Shown here: piece after piece, positions 18,917 to 26,909 of the stretch
Numbering within the stretch: position 1 is the stretch's first letter
Layout of the letters: each line of letters begins with the position of its first letter
DNA from: a virus
Taxonomy: Duplodnaviria; Caudoviricetes
Strand: one strand, 5' to 3'
DNA length: 64,000 nucleotides
Virus record (IMG/VR): IMGVR_UViG_3300031998_000003
Coordinates: 96,001 to 160,000 of that record
The notes under the pieces: model-generated
The model's database searches: none
Seen by the model: only the letters and a program-made list of their open reading frames with translations
What the model was told of the DNA's origin: nothing
Translations under genes and position numbers: made by a program

Positions 18917-19333
18917 ATGTCAAGTGTATATGGTGGACCTGCAGATGCAAAGCTTGAAAACGAGCTTTCTGAACCGGAAGGCGACCTGGATTGTGGTACG
19001 TCGAAAACATCTGATGACTATCGAAAATTCCGCCAGATTCAGTTCCATATGTATTGGGATGCTAGAAGCAGAACCATTCAAGAACCTGACAATATCGACA
19101 TGAAGATCTTGTATGATCTGAAACCTGAGGATCTTCTGGTTGTATATTTTGACACAAAAGATCATGGCGTCCCTGGGTTAAAACCAGATGTTATCCGCGA
19201 AGTTATGCACCAACTCAGTGAGAAGTACAAATGTAAGGTTGTTGCATTACCGTATGCAACGATGATTGCTCGGGAAGACAAAGAGACATTCACGAAGCGA
19301 CTTCAAGAGCTTATTAAATATCTCGAAGAATAA
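18917..19333 (+). CDS. hypothetical protein
   Basis: AAGGAG RBS. Confidence 0.7.
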   Translation: MSSVYGGPADAKLENELSEPEGDLDCGTSKTSDDYRKFRQIQFHMYWDARSRTIQEPDNIDMKILYDLKPEDLLVVYFDTKDHGVPGLKPDVIREVMHQLSEKYKCKVVALPYATMIAREDKETFTKRLQELIKYLEE

Positions 19334-19489
19334 CAGTAAATTGAGAGCGGTTGGCTTCGGCGTGAACTGTGGATTTATTGTCATAATGGAACTAATTCGA
19401 GCGGGGAGTATCGACTGCCATGCTTTGATCCCTTGGAAATAGATGGATTGTCCGATATTAGATCCTTTGAAGTTATGGTGTAAATTCGT

Positions 19490-19624
19490 ATTATTAATGT
19501 ATGCAAGTGGTCATAAGCAACCCATGTAGGGTATGAGCTTCCACACAATGTTCCGGCCGGGACTTATGTAAAACTCGCAATTGCGAGCGGGGGCTACGCG
19601 GGTTCGAATCCCGCCATTAATAAT
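19490..19624 (+). ncRNA. tRNA-like RNA with a large multi-hairpin insertion in place of the anticodon loop
   Basis: ATTATTAATG/CATTAATAAT acceptor, TGC-AAGTGGTCATAA-GCA D arm, GCGGG-TTCGAAT-CCCGC T arm. Confidence 0.65.
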
Positions 19625-19691
19625 AAGCTCGACAAAGTGAAATCAATCATGAAGGGTCCGACGCCTTCATGCATCGGATATATTGATATAT

Positions 19692-19765
19692 CGGGATGTG
19701 GTGAAGTTTGGTATCACGCCACTTTTGGGAAGTGGAAGCCCAGGGTTCGAATCCCTGCATTCCGA
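19692..19765 (+). tRNA. tRNA-Pro(TGG)
   Basis: Cloverleaf; CCACT-TTTGGGA-AGTGG. Confidence 0.92.
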
Positions 19766-19820
19766 GTAAAAGGCACGTACAGCAATTCTAACGAATGAAT
19801 ATGATCGTTTGTGCCTTGTA

Positions 19821-19898
19821 GGTGAAGTAGCTCAGGTGGTAGAGCGTCGGGAGTGTAACTCCTGCAGGGATGTCAGGTTCGAGACCTAACCTTCACCA
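19821..19898 (+). tRNA. atypical tRNA, GTA (Tyr) anticodon, possibly non-functional
   Basis: GGTGAAG/CTTCACC acceptor, normal D arm, CGGGA-GTGTAAC-TCCTG; extra spacer base, mismatched T stem, no long variable arm. Confidence 0.5.
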
Positions 19899-19904
19899 TC
19901 ATTC

Positions 19905-20315
19905 CACATCAAAAGAGTAATTTCAAAAGCCGCATCCTGGAAGGGTCCAGGATGGGTAAGCTTTACCAAGGAAACCGTTGCAGTGCACAAGGATAAGAGT
20001 AATGTAGATATGCTGCAGTTCCTAGTATCGGACGGGTACGAAACCTTGGTTGCGTCATGGGCGCTAGTAAGACGCGCTCTGCCGAAATGAGCCTAAACGT
20101 AAAGCCATAGTCGAAAGGATTCATGTTTACTGCATATCTTGGACATGAATCGCAAAGTAGCTGGTAGGAAAAGGATGATACGGCATATTCCCCTAGTAGT
20201 GGCGAGCGAAAAGGGATCCACAAAAGAGCATGGGGAGCCATAGCTCCGAACACGTGCTTGCGAGTGGTTAAAAACGCCCTGGAACGGGTATGGACGGTTA
20301 TGAAATTTTGATGTG
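19905..20315 (+). ncRNA. large ornate ncRNA with 23S rRNA domain I-like helices
   Basis: Ends pair (CACATCAAAA..AATTTCA..AGCCG / CGGTT..TGAAATT-TTGATGTG); many internal stems; CCCCTAGTAGTGGCGAGCGAAAAGGG. Confidence 0.7.
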
Positions 20316-20402
20316 AGATATGACAATGACTGTGAATTGTTCCAGACTATTTGGTTAGCGCGGGATCAGAAACGGGTTCACCAGAATAGTTCATGAGTCT
20401 AG

Positions 20403-20506
20403 ATTGTTGTGTGAGCGGGAACGCACTGGCCACCTAGCGAGCCAGGTATACCGGAGGATTCCGGCGAACATAATTGAAGTGAGACGCATAAATTACACAC
20501 AACAAT
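20403..20506 (+). ncRNA. closed multibranch structured element
   Basis: ATTGTTGTGTG/CACACAACAAT closing stem with CTGGC/GCCAG and CCGGA/TCCGG hairpins. Confidence 0.5.
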
Positions 20507-20507
20507 T

Positions 20508-20596
20508 GGAGTCGAGACGTGATGACCGCAAGGTCAGGTGGTGTGGCGAAAGTGCGCATTCTCGTCGCACAGTGGGTTCGATTCCCACACGGCTCT
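20508..20596 (+). ncRNA. tRNA-like RNA with a GNRA tetraloop hairpin and long extra arm
   Basis: GGAGTCG/CGGCTCT acceptor-like stem, TGACC-GCAA-GGTCA, GTGTGGCGA/TCGTCGCAC arm, GTGGG-TTCGATT-CCCAC. Confidence 0.6.
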
Positions 20597-20822
20597 TCAG
20601 TATGCTATACAGCATACAGAACCAGAGTCAGGAAGTTCTTTCCTTAACACTAGATCTGTCGACGTGCGTGAATGATGAGAAATACATCAATATATCGGCG
20701 GGATGGACTGACCACAACGTTGGGCTGGATTGAATGAAATGGCGTAGGTCGGACTCGGACATGGGATCCCTATACTGTGTCCGAGAGATCGGTTATAATC
20801 CGGGAAACCGGTTTACATATAT

Positions 20823-20898
20823 GACTCGGTAGCCAAGCGGGAAGGCAGGGGTGTGCAAAACCCTGATACGTCTTGTTCGAATCAGACCCGAGTCTCCA
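20823..20898 (+). tRNA. tRNA-Cys(GCA)
   Basis: GACTCGG/CCGAGTC, GCA anticodon, U discriminator plus CCA; bulge in the T stem. Confidence 0.8.
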
Positions 20899-20899
20899 T

Positions 20900-21069
20900 T
20901 AATCAGTATGATCATAGAGGATAAGGAATGATTCCGTCCAGGTCATATGAAATCGCTGATGTAGTATGATGTTCGCGGTGCCAATTCGGGTGCACACGGT
21001 TGGTTTCTGCCGGATCTGTCGGTCAGGATCACGAGGTTAACTACGGCAGTCTATGAACTATACTGATTA
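20900..21069 (+). ncRNA. about 170-nt structured element between tRNAs
   Basis: TAATCAGTAT..TCATAGA / TCTATGA..ATACTGATTA long closing stem; internal CTG..GTAGT / ACTAC..CAG stem. Confidence 0.55.
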
Positions 21070-21072
21070 TCC

Positions 21073-21148
21073 GATCCATTAGCTCAGTCGGCAGAGCAAA
21101 TGACTGTTAATCATTGGGTCGTAGGTTCAAGTCCTACAGCGGGAGCCA
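21073..21148 (+). tRNA. tRNA-Asn(GTT) with unpaired acceptor stem (chimeric or pseudo)
   Basis: Normal D, anticodon and T arms plus GCCA, but GATCCAT does not pair with AGCGGGA. Confidence 0.65.
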
Positions 21149-21159
21149 ATAAATATTAT

Positions 21160-21199
21160 GAATAAGGGGCGCTTCGGCGCCCCTTATTCTTTTTTTTTT
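21160..21199 (+). terminator. intrinsic terminator ending RNA island 1
   Basis: GAATAAGGGGCGC-TTCG-GCGCCCCTTATTC followed by T10. Confidence 0.85.
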
Positions 21200-21214
21200 A
21201 TTATTCAAATCCTT

Positions 21215-21232
21215 TATCTATATATTATTAAT
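21215..21232 (+). promoter_or_regulatory. phage promoter motif
   Basis: TATCTATATATTATTAAT. Confidence 0.6.
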
Positions 21233-21301
21233 ACGGACAAGTGAAAAAGATACTTGTCTAGAATATGTGAAAGTCCGTAAGGACATAAAGGAAGGGATAT
21301 T

Positions 21302-22432
21302 ATGATTTTTACTAAGAATTTGGCGCCTGAAATCATTGCGGCAATACAGCCGTATATTAATGCACTACGAAGTCCGGCTACTGATCTTGTGAGTTTCAAA
21401 ACTTCGGATGAGTTACTCGATTTCTGCAAACTCGTGCTACCGAAAGGTTGTTTCGAGAAGGTTACCCTTAACGGTGATGAACTTGCTGATTTCAGAGAAG
21501 ATCTGAAAGAAACCAGTGATATCAAAAACGCTGATGATGCCCTGGTTGAAAAGGAAGTGTTCCAAGTGCCGAATGATATATTTGTGGCAAATACAATTCC
21601 GCTAAAACAGCTGGATCTCGAACTTCAGGATACTGACGACGGGTTCAGTGACTGCTTCAAAATGTGTATAAATAACATGGTAACAGTCCTGCATGTGACT
21701 GACGGTGCTCCTATGGATGAAGCGTTTACTATTGAAGCAATTATCCCGATCGATCAAATTCAGGGATATATAGCACACTATCCTGGGAACGTAACCGATT
21801 TGGACTTTGTAATCGGTGCAATCAGATATGTTGAGAAGTGCAGTATTGTAAAAAATGAAGCAACTGCATTGGTTATTATGAGAAATGACTATATGTACGT
21901 CGGTGACCCGTATTTCTCGGATATAAGCGTGACAGACCTTAGAACAGGTGAGCACGTATCTATTTCAGAGTATCTTGCTGATATTGATGGTAGGATTAAC
22001 AATGGATCTCTTATTGAGTTCATGCTTAGATTACAAGATTCAATATCACGCTCTATTACAGCGTTTTACAGCGTCAATGCGGCATTGCTAAATCCAGTTA
22101 TTGTTGATGTCTATAACAATAAAACGTCACGTATACCGGATAGATCCATTACTGCAAAGAAGTCATCAAAAAGGGGTAAGATCCGGTACATTAAACGGCA
22201 TTTCATGACTGTTGATGATGTTGACAAAGCTTTCGAAAAGCGTGGCTTCGTTCGCAAAGCAATGATCTGGTACGTTACCGGACATTGGCGAGAGTACAGC
22301 AAAACTGGCAAACGAGTATTCATCCAGGGATACTGGAAGGGTGCTTTGCGAAATATGAAAGACACTGTCTTCCAGGATCTTGAGCCTCGCGAACGCGAAC
22401 TTGTTACAAAGGAGGAACCTGAAAATGTTTGA
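21302..22432 (+). CDS. hypothetical phage protein with basic C-terminal GHWR motif
   Basis: WYVTGHWREYSKTGKRVFIQGYWKG. Confidence 0.7.
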   Translation: MIFTKNLAPEIIAAIQPYINALRSPATDLVSFKTSDELLDFCKLVLPKGCFEKVTLNGDELADFREDLKETSDIKNADDALVEKEVFQVPNDIFVANTIPLKQLDLELQDTDDGFSDCFKMCINNMVTVLHVTDGAPMDEAFTIEAIIPIDQIQGYIAHYPGNVTDLDFVIGAIRYVEKCSIVKNEATALVIMRNDYMYVGDPYFSDISVTDLRTGEHVSISEYLADIDGRINNGSLIEFMLRLQDSISRSITAFYSVNAALLNPVIVDVYNNKTSRIPDRSITAKKSSKRGKIRYIKRHFMTVDDVDKAFEKRGFVRKAMIWYVTGHWREYSKTGKRVFIQGYWKGALRNMKDTVFQDLEPRERELVTKEEPENV

Positions 22433-22952
22433 CATAAAAATTCATGTAAGACCGCATCGAGGTGAATACCCTGCTAACATGATCCTTGACATCTATGAGA
22501 ATTCAAAGGTCCATTGGTTTGATAAAGAGGTATTCGATCTCAGTATCATGGCACCTATTGAAGAAATCGAAAAGGTGATAACAAATGTTGGGATTACCAA
22601 TTCAAAATACCTCAGAAATGCCAATCGTGATTCGGCAATCTTCATAGAGCTGTACCATCATAACTCGATACATGACGCTGCTAAAGCGGTGGGATTAACC
22701 GCTGGACGTGTTCGAGAAATTGCTGTGATGATGTTTAAAAGGTTACAACATTATGAAAGAGCTTATCGTCTATTTCCCGGGTACTTCCCGGATGAAGATT
22801 CTGCACGAAAATTCGGTAGAAAATTCGATAGACTCAGCTCGATCGAATACTGGAAAAACTATGAAGCTGAACATGGTTATTTGTCCCACTTAGGACGTCA
22901 AATACTCAGTCAGTATTCTGAAGAGGATGGTGATGATGATGACCGTGATTGA
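22425..22952 (+). CDS. sigma-70 region 4-like HTH protein
   Basis: RDSAIF...SIHDAAKAVGLTAGRVREIAVMMFKRL. Confidence 0.55.
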   Translation: MFDIKIHVRPHRGEYPANMILDIYENSKVHWFDKEVFDLSIMAPIEEIEKVITNVGITNSKYLRNANRDSAIFIELYHHNSIHDAAKAVGLTAGRVREIAVMMFKRLQHYERAYRLFPGYFPDEDSARKFGRKFDRLSSIEYWKNYEAEHGYLSHLGRQILSQYSEEDGDDDDRD

Positions 22953-23316
22953 ATTTAGAAAAGTATTCCTAGACTGGTATCAGTTGCAGTTCGCATTTAC
23001 CGCCAGTGAAGGAATGCTTATTGAGTCCGACGGTAATAGTGATTTCCTGTCAGGACAACTTGACATCTATGACGTACATCTTGCTGGGACTATGAAAGAT
23101 AATTCATACACAATCTGTGATCAGTCCACTAATGAGTCGATTACAGCTATGCTCGATAAGTCTACATATGACTGGCGTTGTAATAAGGATTCGCTCATTG
23201 GTATTCCAATGTTTGATTCTAAGTTACTGCAATCGATTTATGAAGACATATTTCTTGTACATTTTGCCAAAGTATATAGAGGTCATAAGGAGGAAACTAA
23301 CAATGGCATCAACTGA
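22927..23316 (+). CDS. hypothetical protein (start uncertain)
   Basis: Overlapping-operon ORF. Confidence 0.6.
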   Translation: MVMMMTVIEFRKVFLDWYQLQFAFTASEGMLIESDGNSDFLSGQLDIYDVHLAGTMKDNSYTICDQSTNESITAMLDKSTYDWRCNKDSLIGIPMFDSKLLQSIYEDIFLVHFAKVYRGHKEETNNGIN

Positions 23317-23482
23317 CATCTTATTGAATGATGACGTACGGAAAGCACTCGTTGACGGAGTGTGTCCATACGTCCTGACAGGAGGTTTCAGAGCAGAACG
23401 CGAAGCCTCTGAAAGAACATGGGATATGCTCATGGAACGAGTGAAATCCAAAGAAAAACAGGAGGAAACTAAAAATGGTTGA
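23303..23482 (+). CDS. small hypothetical protein
   Basis: AAGGAGG RBS before MASTD. Confidence 0.6.
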   Translation: MASTDILLNDDVRKALVDGVCPYVLTGGFRAEREASERTWDMLMERVKSKEKQEETKNG

Positions 23483-24491
23483 GAAAATCCTGTTCACCGC
23501 AGTCCGTCAGCCCGGTATTATCGAACACAATATTGTTGGATGGTTGTTCAATCCAACAATAATTCCGCTCGAAAAGGCATTCGAGTACGTGCGAAAGTAC
23601 AACGACATCGCTGAAGATGTAAATCTGTTTATCTACCGCACGGATGCGGAGATCATCGAAACGAATTCCGATGAGGACAACTTCGATCGAGAAATCAAAA
23701 TGAGTAACATTTATATCGGTCCTGGCGAAAGCAAATATATCCTGATCACACAGTCATGCTTGACACTGATGTATCCGGTAGATCTGGACGGTGATACAAT
23801 TCACGTTTCTAACGTGGAAGAGATTGTCACCGGTGATCCGGATCATTGGCCGTATTGGCGGTCATATACAGGTCGGGGAGCATACAATATTCGCAGCAAA
23901 TGGCTCCAACCGATGAAACATCATGCGTTTGATCGTGATCAGCTGACAAAGCTGTTCAATGATCATATCGCATCAAACGAAAAAGCGTTCGAAACGCTTG
24001 AGGATGCGATCGCAGGAACTGACGATCACGAAGTGGGGGATTTCAGATGCTGGAAGGATTCTGATGAGGAATTTTATATCCTGCATGTGCCATCCGGAAC
24101 CATCGTCGGTTGGTACAAGTTCTACCATTACGGCAGAGACAATTTTACCAACCGTGACATGACGATTGATGATCTCAAGGACTTCTTTGTACTGCTCCGG
24201 AATCAGCTCCTTGATGAGCCGGATGAACCTGATACACCGGATCCACCGAGAGTAAAAGTGACTGAGATGATTGATCAATTATGGGGTCATGTTGAAGACT
24301 GGGATGAAACCCCCAGTTATCCGGACGCACCGAAAAAGAAACCGTATAACATGGATGTTCCGGCAATCATGGAACGACTGCAGCGGAATAGTGTATACGG
24401 TATGCTTGCCGAAACTATCGGCGGTATTGACCTTGCGTCCATGTACCCGCATCATCCGGAGGAATCTCCGATCGAAGACGACGATGATTAA
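23475..24491 (+). CDS. hypothetical protein with PolB-like peptide motifs at the C-terminus
   Basis: AGGAGG RBS; ends RNSVYGM...IDLASMYP. Confidence 0.7.
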   Translation: MVEKILFTAVRQPGIIEHNIVGWLFNPTIIPLEKAFEYVRKYNDIAEDVNLFIYRTDAEIIETNSDEDNFDREIKMSNIYIGPGESKYILITQSCLTLMYPVDLDGDTIHVSNVEEIVTGDPDHWPYWRSYTGRGAYNIRSKWLQPMKHHAFDRDQLTKLFNDHIASNEKAFETLEDAIAGTDDHEVGDFRCWKDSDEEFYILHVPSGTIVGWYKFYHYGRDNFTNRDMTIDDLKDFFVLLRNQLLDEPDEPDTPDPPRVKVTEMIDQLWGHVEDWDETPSYPDAPKKKPYNMDVPAIMERLQRNSVYGMLAETIGGIDLASMYPHHPEESPIEDDDD

Positions 24492-24504
24492 AGGAGGAAG
24501 AAAA

Positions 24505-25128
24505 ATGAAAGACGAAATGAATGATATCATTCAGAAAAACATGATTTCAATGATCTCGGATATCGATATCAATCACGTTGATTACGATATCCGAATGTCG
24601 ATGATTGACTCCATGGTTAAGCTGATCGTTGACACCGTTGGTGATAATAGTCCGTCGAAAGAAGTTGTCAAATTTCTCGATCCGACCAAAGAATTTGACA
24701 TTATGAATATCGAAGCTGATATCAAAACCAGCAAGAGCAAACCTGAAAATGTAATCCTGAAGGAAGTATTGTGTTTGATGGAGCAGCTCGATCCCGCGCA
24801 ACGAACTGTCGTAATGCACTACCTCAAAACAATGTTTGTATATGATGCTAGTTTGCTGAAGGATCGCAATAGCTTTACTAAGCAATACAAGCCTATTGTA
24901 AGGGGTCTTAAAAAGTTTAAATGGGACTCCCCGTTTGTATGCCGTAAATGTAGACGGCTCTTTGACCTCGAAAAAGAGGTCGACATCATGTTTGACCTTG
25001 ACCGTCCAAGAAGATTCCCGGATTGTGATGAGACGTTGGTATATTCATTTATGTTTTCATTCACACCCATCAATCAATGGACGTGTGTCGAATGCTTTGA
25101 TCCTCATGAAGGTGAAGATGATGAATGA
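24505..25128 (+). CDS. hypothetical protein with CxxC..CxxC
   Basis: AAGGAGG RBS; CRKC and CVEC. Confidence 0.7.
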   Translation: MKDEMNDIIQKNMISMISDIDINHVDYDIRMSMIDSMVKLIVDTVGDNSPSKEVVKFLDPTKEFDIMNIEADIKTSKSKPENVILKEVLCLMEQLDPAQRTVVMHYLKTMFVYDASLLKDRNSFTKQYKPIVRGLKKFKWDSPFVCRKCRRLFDLEKEVDIMFDLDRPRRFPDCDETLVYSFMFSFTPINQWTCVECFDPHEGEDDE

Positions 25129-25735
25129 TAGATCTGTCCTTTACGTAATATCACTACTATCGATATCATTAGTTATCGCAATATTCATATGTGGCTGTGA
25201 ATCAGCCCGGTGGAGACATCATGAGGAAAAGATAGCCACAACTACCACCACTACCGAGGAACCACTTGCAACGACAACTGAGGAAACGACAACAACAACA
25301 ACAACTACAACCACTACCACAAAGAAAACCACGACTACAACCACAACGACGACAACTGAGGAAACGACAACGACCACCACAACCGATATGAAGGACTCGT
25401 TGACATATCTCGGGTCCTTCATTGGAACCTACTTCAAGGGGGAAACGAATCCCTGTAATGGAGGTTCCGGACGAATTCTGATTCCATGTGATATCAAAGA
25501 TGATACTTACAAGGGATCAGTTGCCTCACAGTTCGTATTCAATCAATATGGTTACGAACGAAACGGAAAGACGATGATATACATTGAATTTCCCACCATC
25601 CCGGAAATGAATGGTTGGTACAGTGTTGATGATTATAACGCTGATCCATCCATAATTGATTTCTATTTCCCAGACTATTCTAAATGTCCGTGGGAAAATG
25701 ATGGTGTCATTGCGTGTAACGCATGGATTGGTTAA
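25121..25735 (+). CDS. membrane-anchored protein with Thr-rich stalk and 3D-like (peptidoglycan) domain
   Basis: N-terminal hydrophobic helix, poly-Thr linker, C-terminal G.VA...YG...IYIE...G.Y.VDD...IDFY. Confidence 0.55.
   Translation: MNDRSVLYVISLLSISLVIAIFICGCESARWRHHEEKIATTTTTTEEPLATTTEETTTTTTTTTTTTKKTTTTTTTTTTEETTTTTTTDMKDSLTYLGSFIGTYFKGETNPCNGGSGRILIPCDIKDDTYKGSVASQFVFNQYGYERNGKTMIYIEFPTIPEMNGWYSVDDYNADPSIIDFYFPDYSKCPWENDGVIACNAWIG
25238..25385 (+). repeat. ACN-triplet low-complexity repeat (poly-Thr) with internal duplication
   Basis: ACGACAACTGAGGAAACGACAAC occurs twice. Confidence 0.85.
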
Positions 25736-25746
25736 GGAGGTAAAAC

Positions 25747-25929
25747 ATGAAGACATCAACTGATGATGAAATTCGCGAAGAGGCTAAAGAACTTCGAAAC
25801 TCCAGACCGGAGTGCATGCCAACAAATGCTGAAATCGGCATGAACCTGATCAATCATCTGATTTCGCAAGGCGCACTGTCTACAAAACATCCGTTACCCC
25901 CGAAAAGCAAAAGGAGGCGAAAAAATTGA
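25747..25929 (+). CDS. small hypothetical protein
   Basis: AAGGAGG RBS. Confidence 0.6.
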   Translation: MKTSTDDEIREEAKELRNSRPECMPTNAEIGMNLINHLISQGALSTKHPLPPKSKRRRKN

Positions 25930-26480
25930 TTGATTACGACAGGTATCGCGAGTTCGTTCGTACGAACTGTACAGCTTCCGATGTTGTTAGAAAACGGGCA
26001 CGTGTCGGTGACATCATCGAACAGTTCGTACCGAAACTCGTTGAGAAGACAATCGAGTTCTACAATGCGACAGACGCTTACATGGAAGAAGACTGGAGTG
26101 ATCCGGATTGTCTGATGTTCACCATCGTTGCCGTAGACCACTTCGAACAAAACGGATACAGTATCGATGTTCAGTCGGTTGATGGTGTTCTGTATGATGA
26201 GACCGAAACTGATCAGCTGATCAAACTATCATTCATTGAGATTGAAGATGCTGGGCCGCGAGACAACTGGCATGATCACGACCTGTTGGAATGTGAAGAA
26301 ATCTATCTCGAGATCATGATTGAGGAAGATCGAATTTATGTGAATTCTTCCAACATCGGAGATGTGGATCCAAAAAAGTATCCGGCTATCACGAAAGATC
26401 TTAACCGTATTACACAATATTTTCAGATGATCACATCATTTGTGAATAGTAGTGTAATTATTATTACCGGAAAGGATTGA
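25926..26480 (+). CDS. acidic hypothetical protein
   Basis: AAGGAGG RBS, TTG start. Confidence 0.65.
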   Translation: MIDYDRYREFVRTNCTASDVVRKRARVGDIIEQFVPKLVEKTIEFYNATDAYMEEDWSDPDCLMFTIVAVDHFEQNGYSIDVQSVDGVLYDETETDQLIKLSFIEIEDAGPRDNWHDHDLLECEEIYLEIMIEEDRIYVNSSNIGDVDPKKYPAITKDLNRITQYFQMITSFVNSSVIIITGKD

Positions 26481-26676
26481 TTTCATGAGATTGATATCAT
26501 TTACACATACCCATTGTCTGAAATCGAAAGAAGGGTATGGTCATCAATATGCAATAGTATTTGACGCTGTAGCATATGCATATCGGCATCGGAGATTGCT
26601 GAACGTATAAAGGCGTACATACAGCGAAAGCTATAATTACAGCACCCGGGAACAATACAATATTCCCGGGTGACAC

Positions 26677-26761
26677 GCTACTGTGGCGAAATTGGCATAC
26701 GCGTCAGATTTAGGTTCTGGTGTCGAAAGACATAGGGGTTCGACTCCCCTCAGTAGCACCA
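26677..26761 (+). tRNA. tRNA-Leu(TAG)
   Basis: Type II cloverleaf, CCA encoded. Confidence 0.93.
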
Positions 26762-26909
26762 ATGGTCGAGTGCGGTTTTGACATTGCAAGGTGATGTCAT
26801 GTAATTCCTGCAGGTCGGCCACTCAATTGCGGTGGTGATGTATGGCATTCCATCATTATCGTGATTGATTTCCTGGTGGTTTGGTTACGCTCCTTCCACC
26901 AGGAGTTTC

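Noticed and set aside
20155-20250. Genuine rRNA gene or host contamination
   Set aside because: Similarity is confined to short helices inside a self-contained fold; there is no continuing 23S sequence and the flanks are phage-like
19905-20315. RNase P RNA or tmRNA
   Set aside because: No GAGGAAAGUCC/P4 signature, no alanyl tRNA-like ends and no tag ORF
20508-20596. tRNA-Sec or tmRNA tRNA-like domain
   Set aside because: No UCA anticodon, no G3.U70, no CCA
18195-21100. ORFs 18195-18560, 19963-20253, 20093-20326 and 20404-20733
   Set aside because: They overlap tRNAs or structured RNAs, lack an RBS and have non-protein-like composition
26763-26821. Ro60-binding Y RNA stem (TGGTCGAGTG)
   Set aside because: Superficial resemblance only; no bulged-C helix partner and no Ro60 gene in the window
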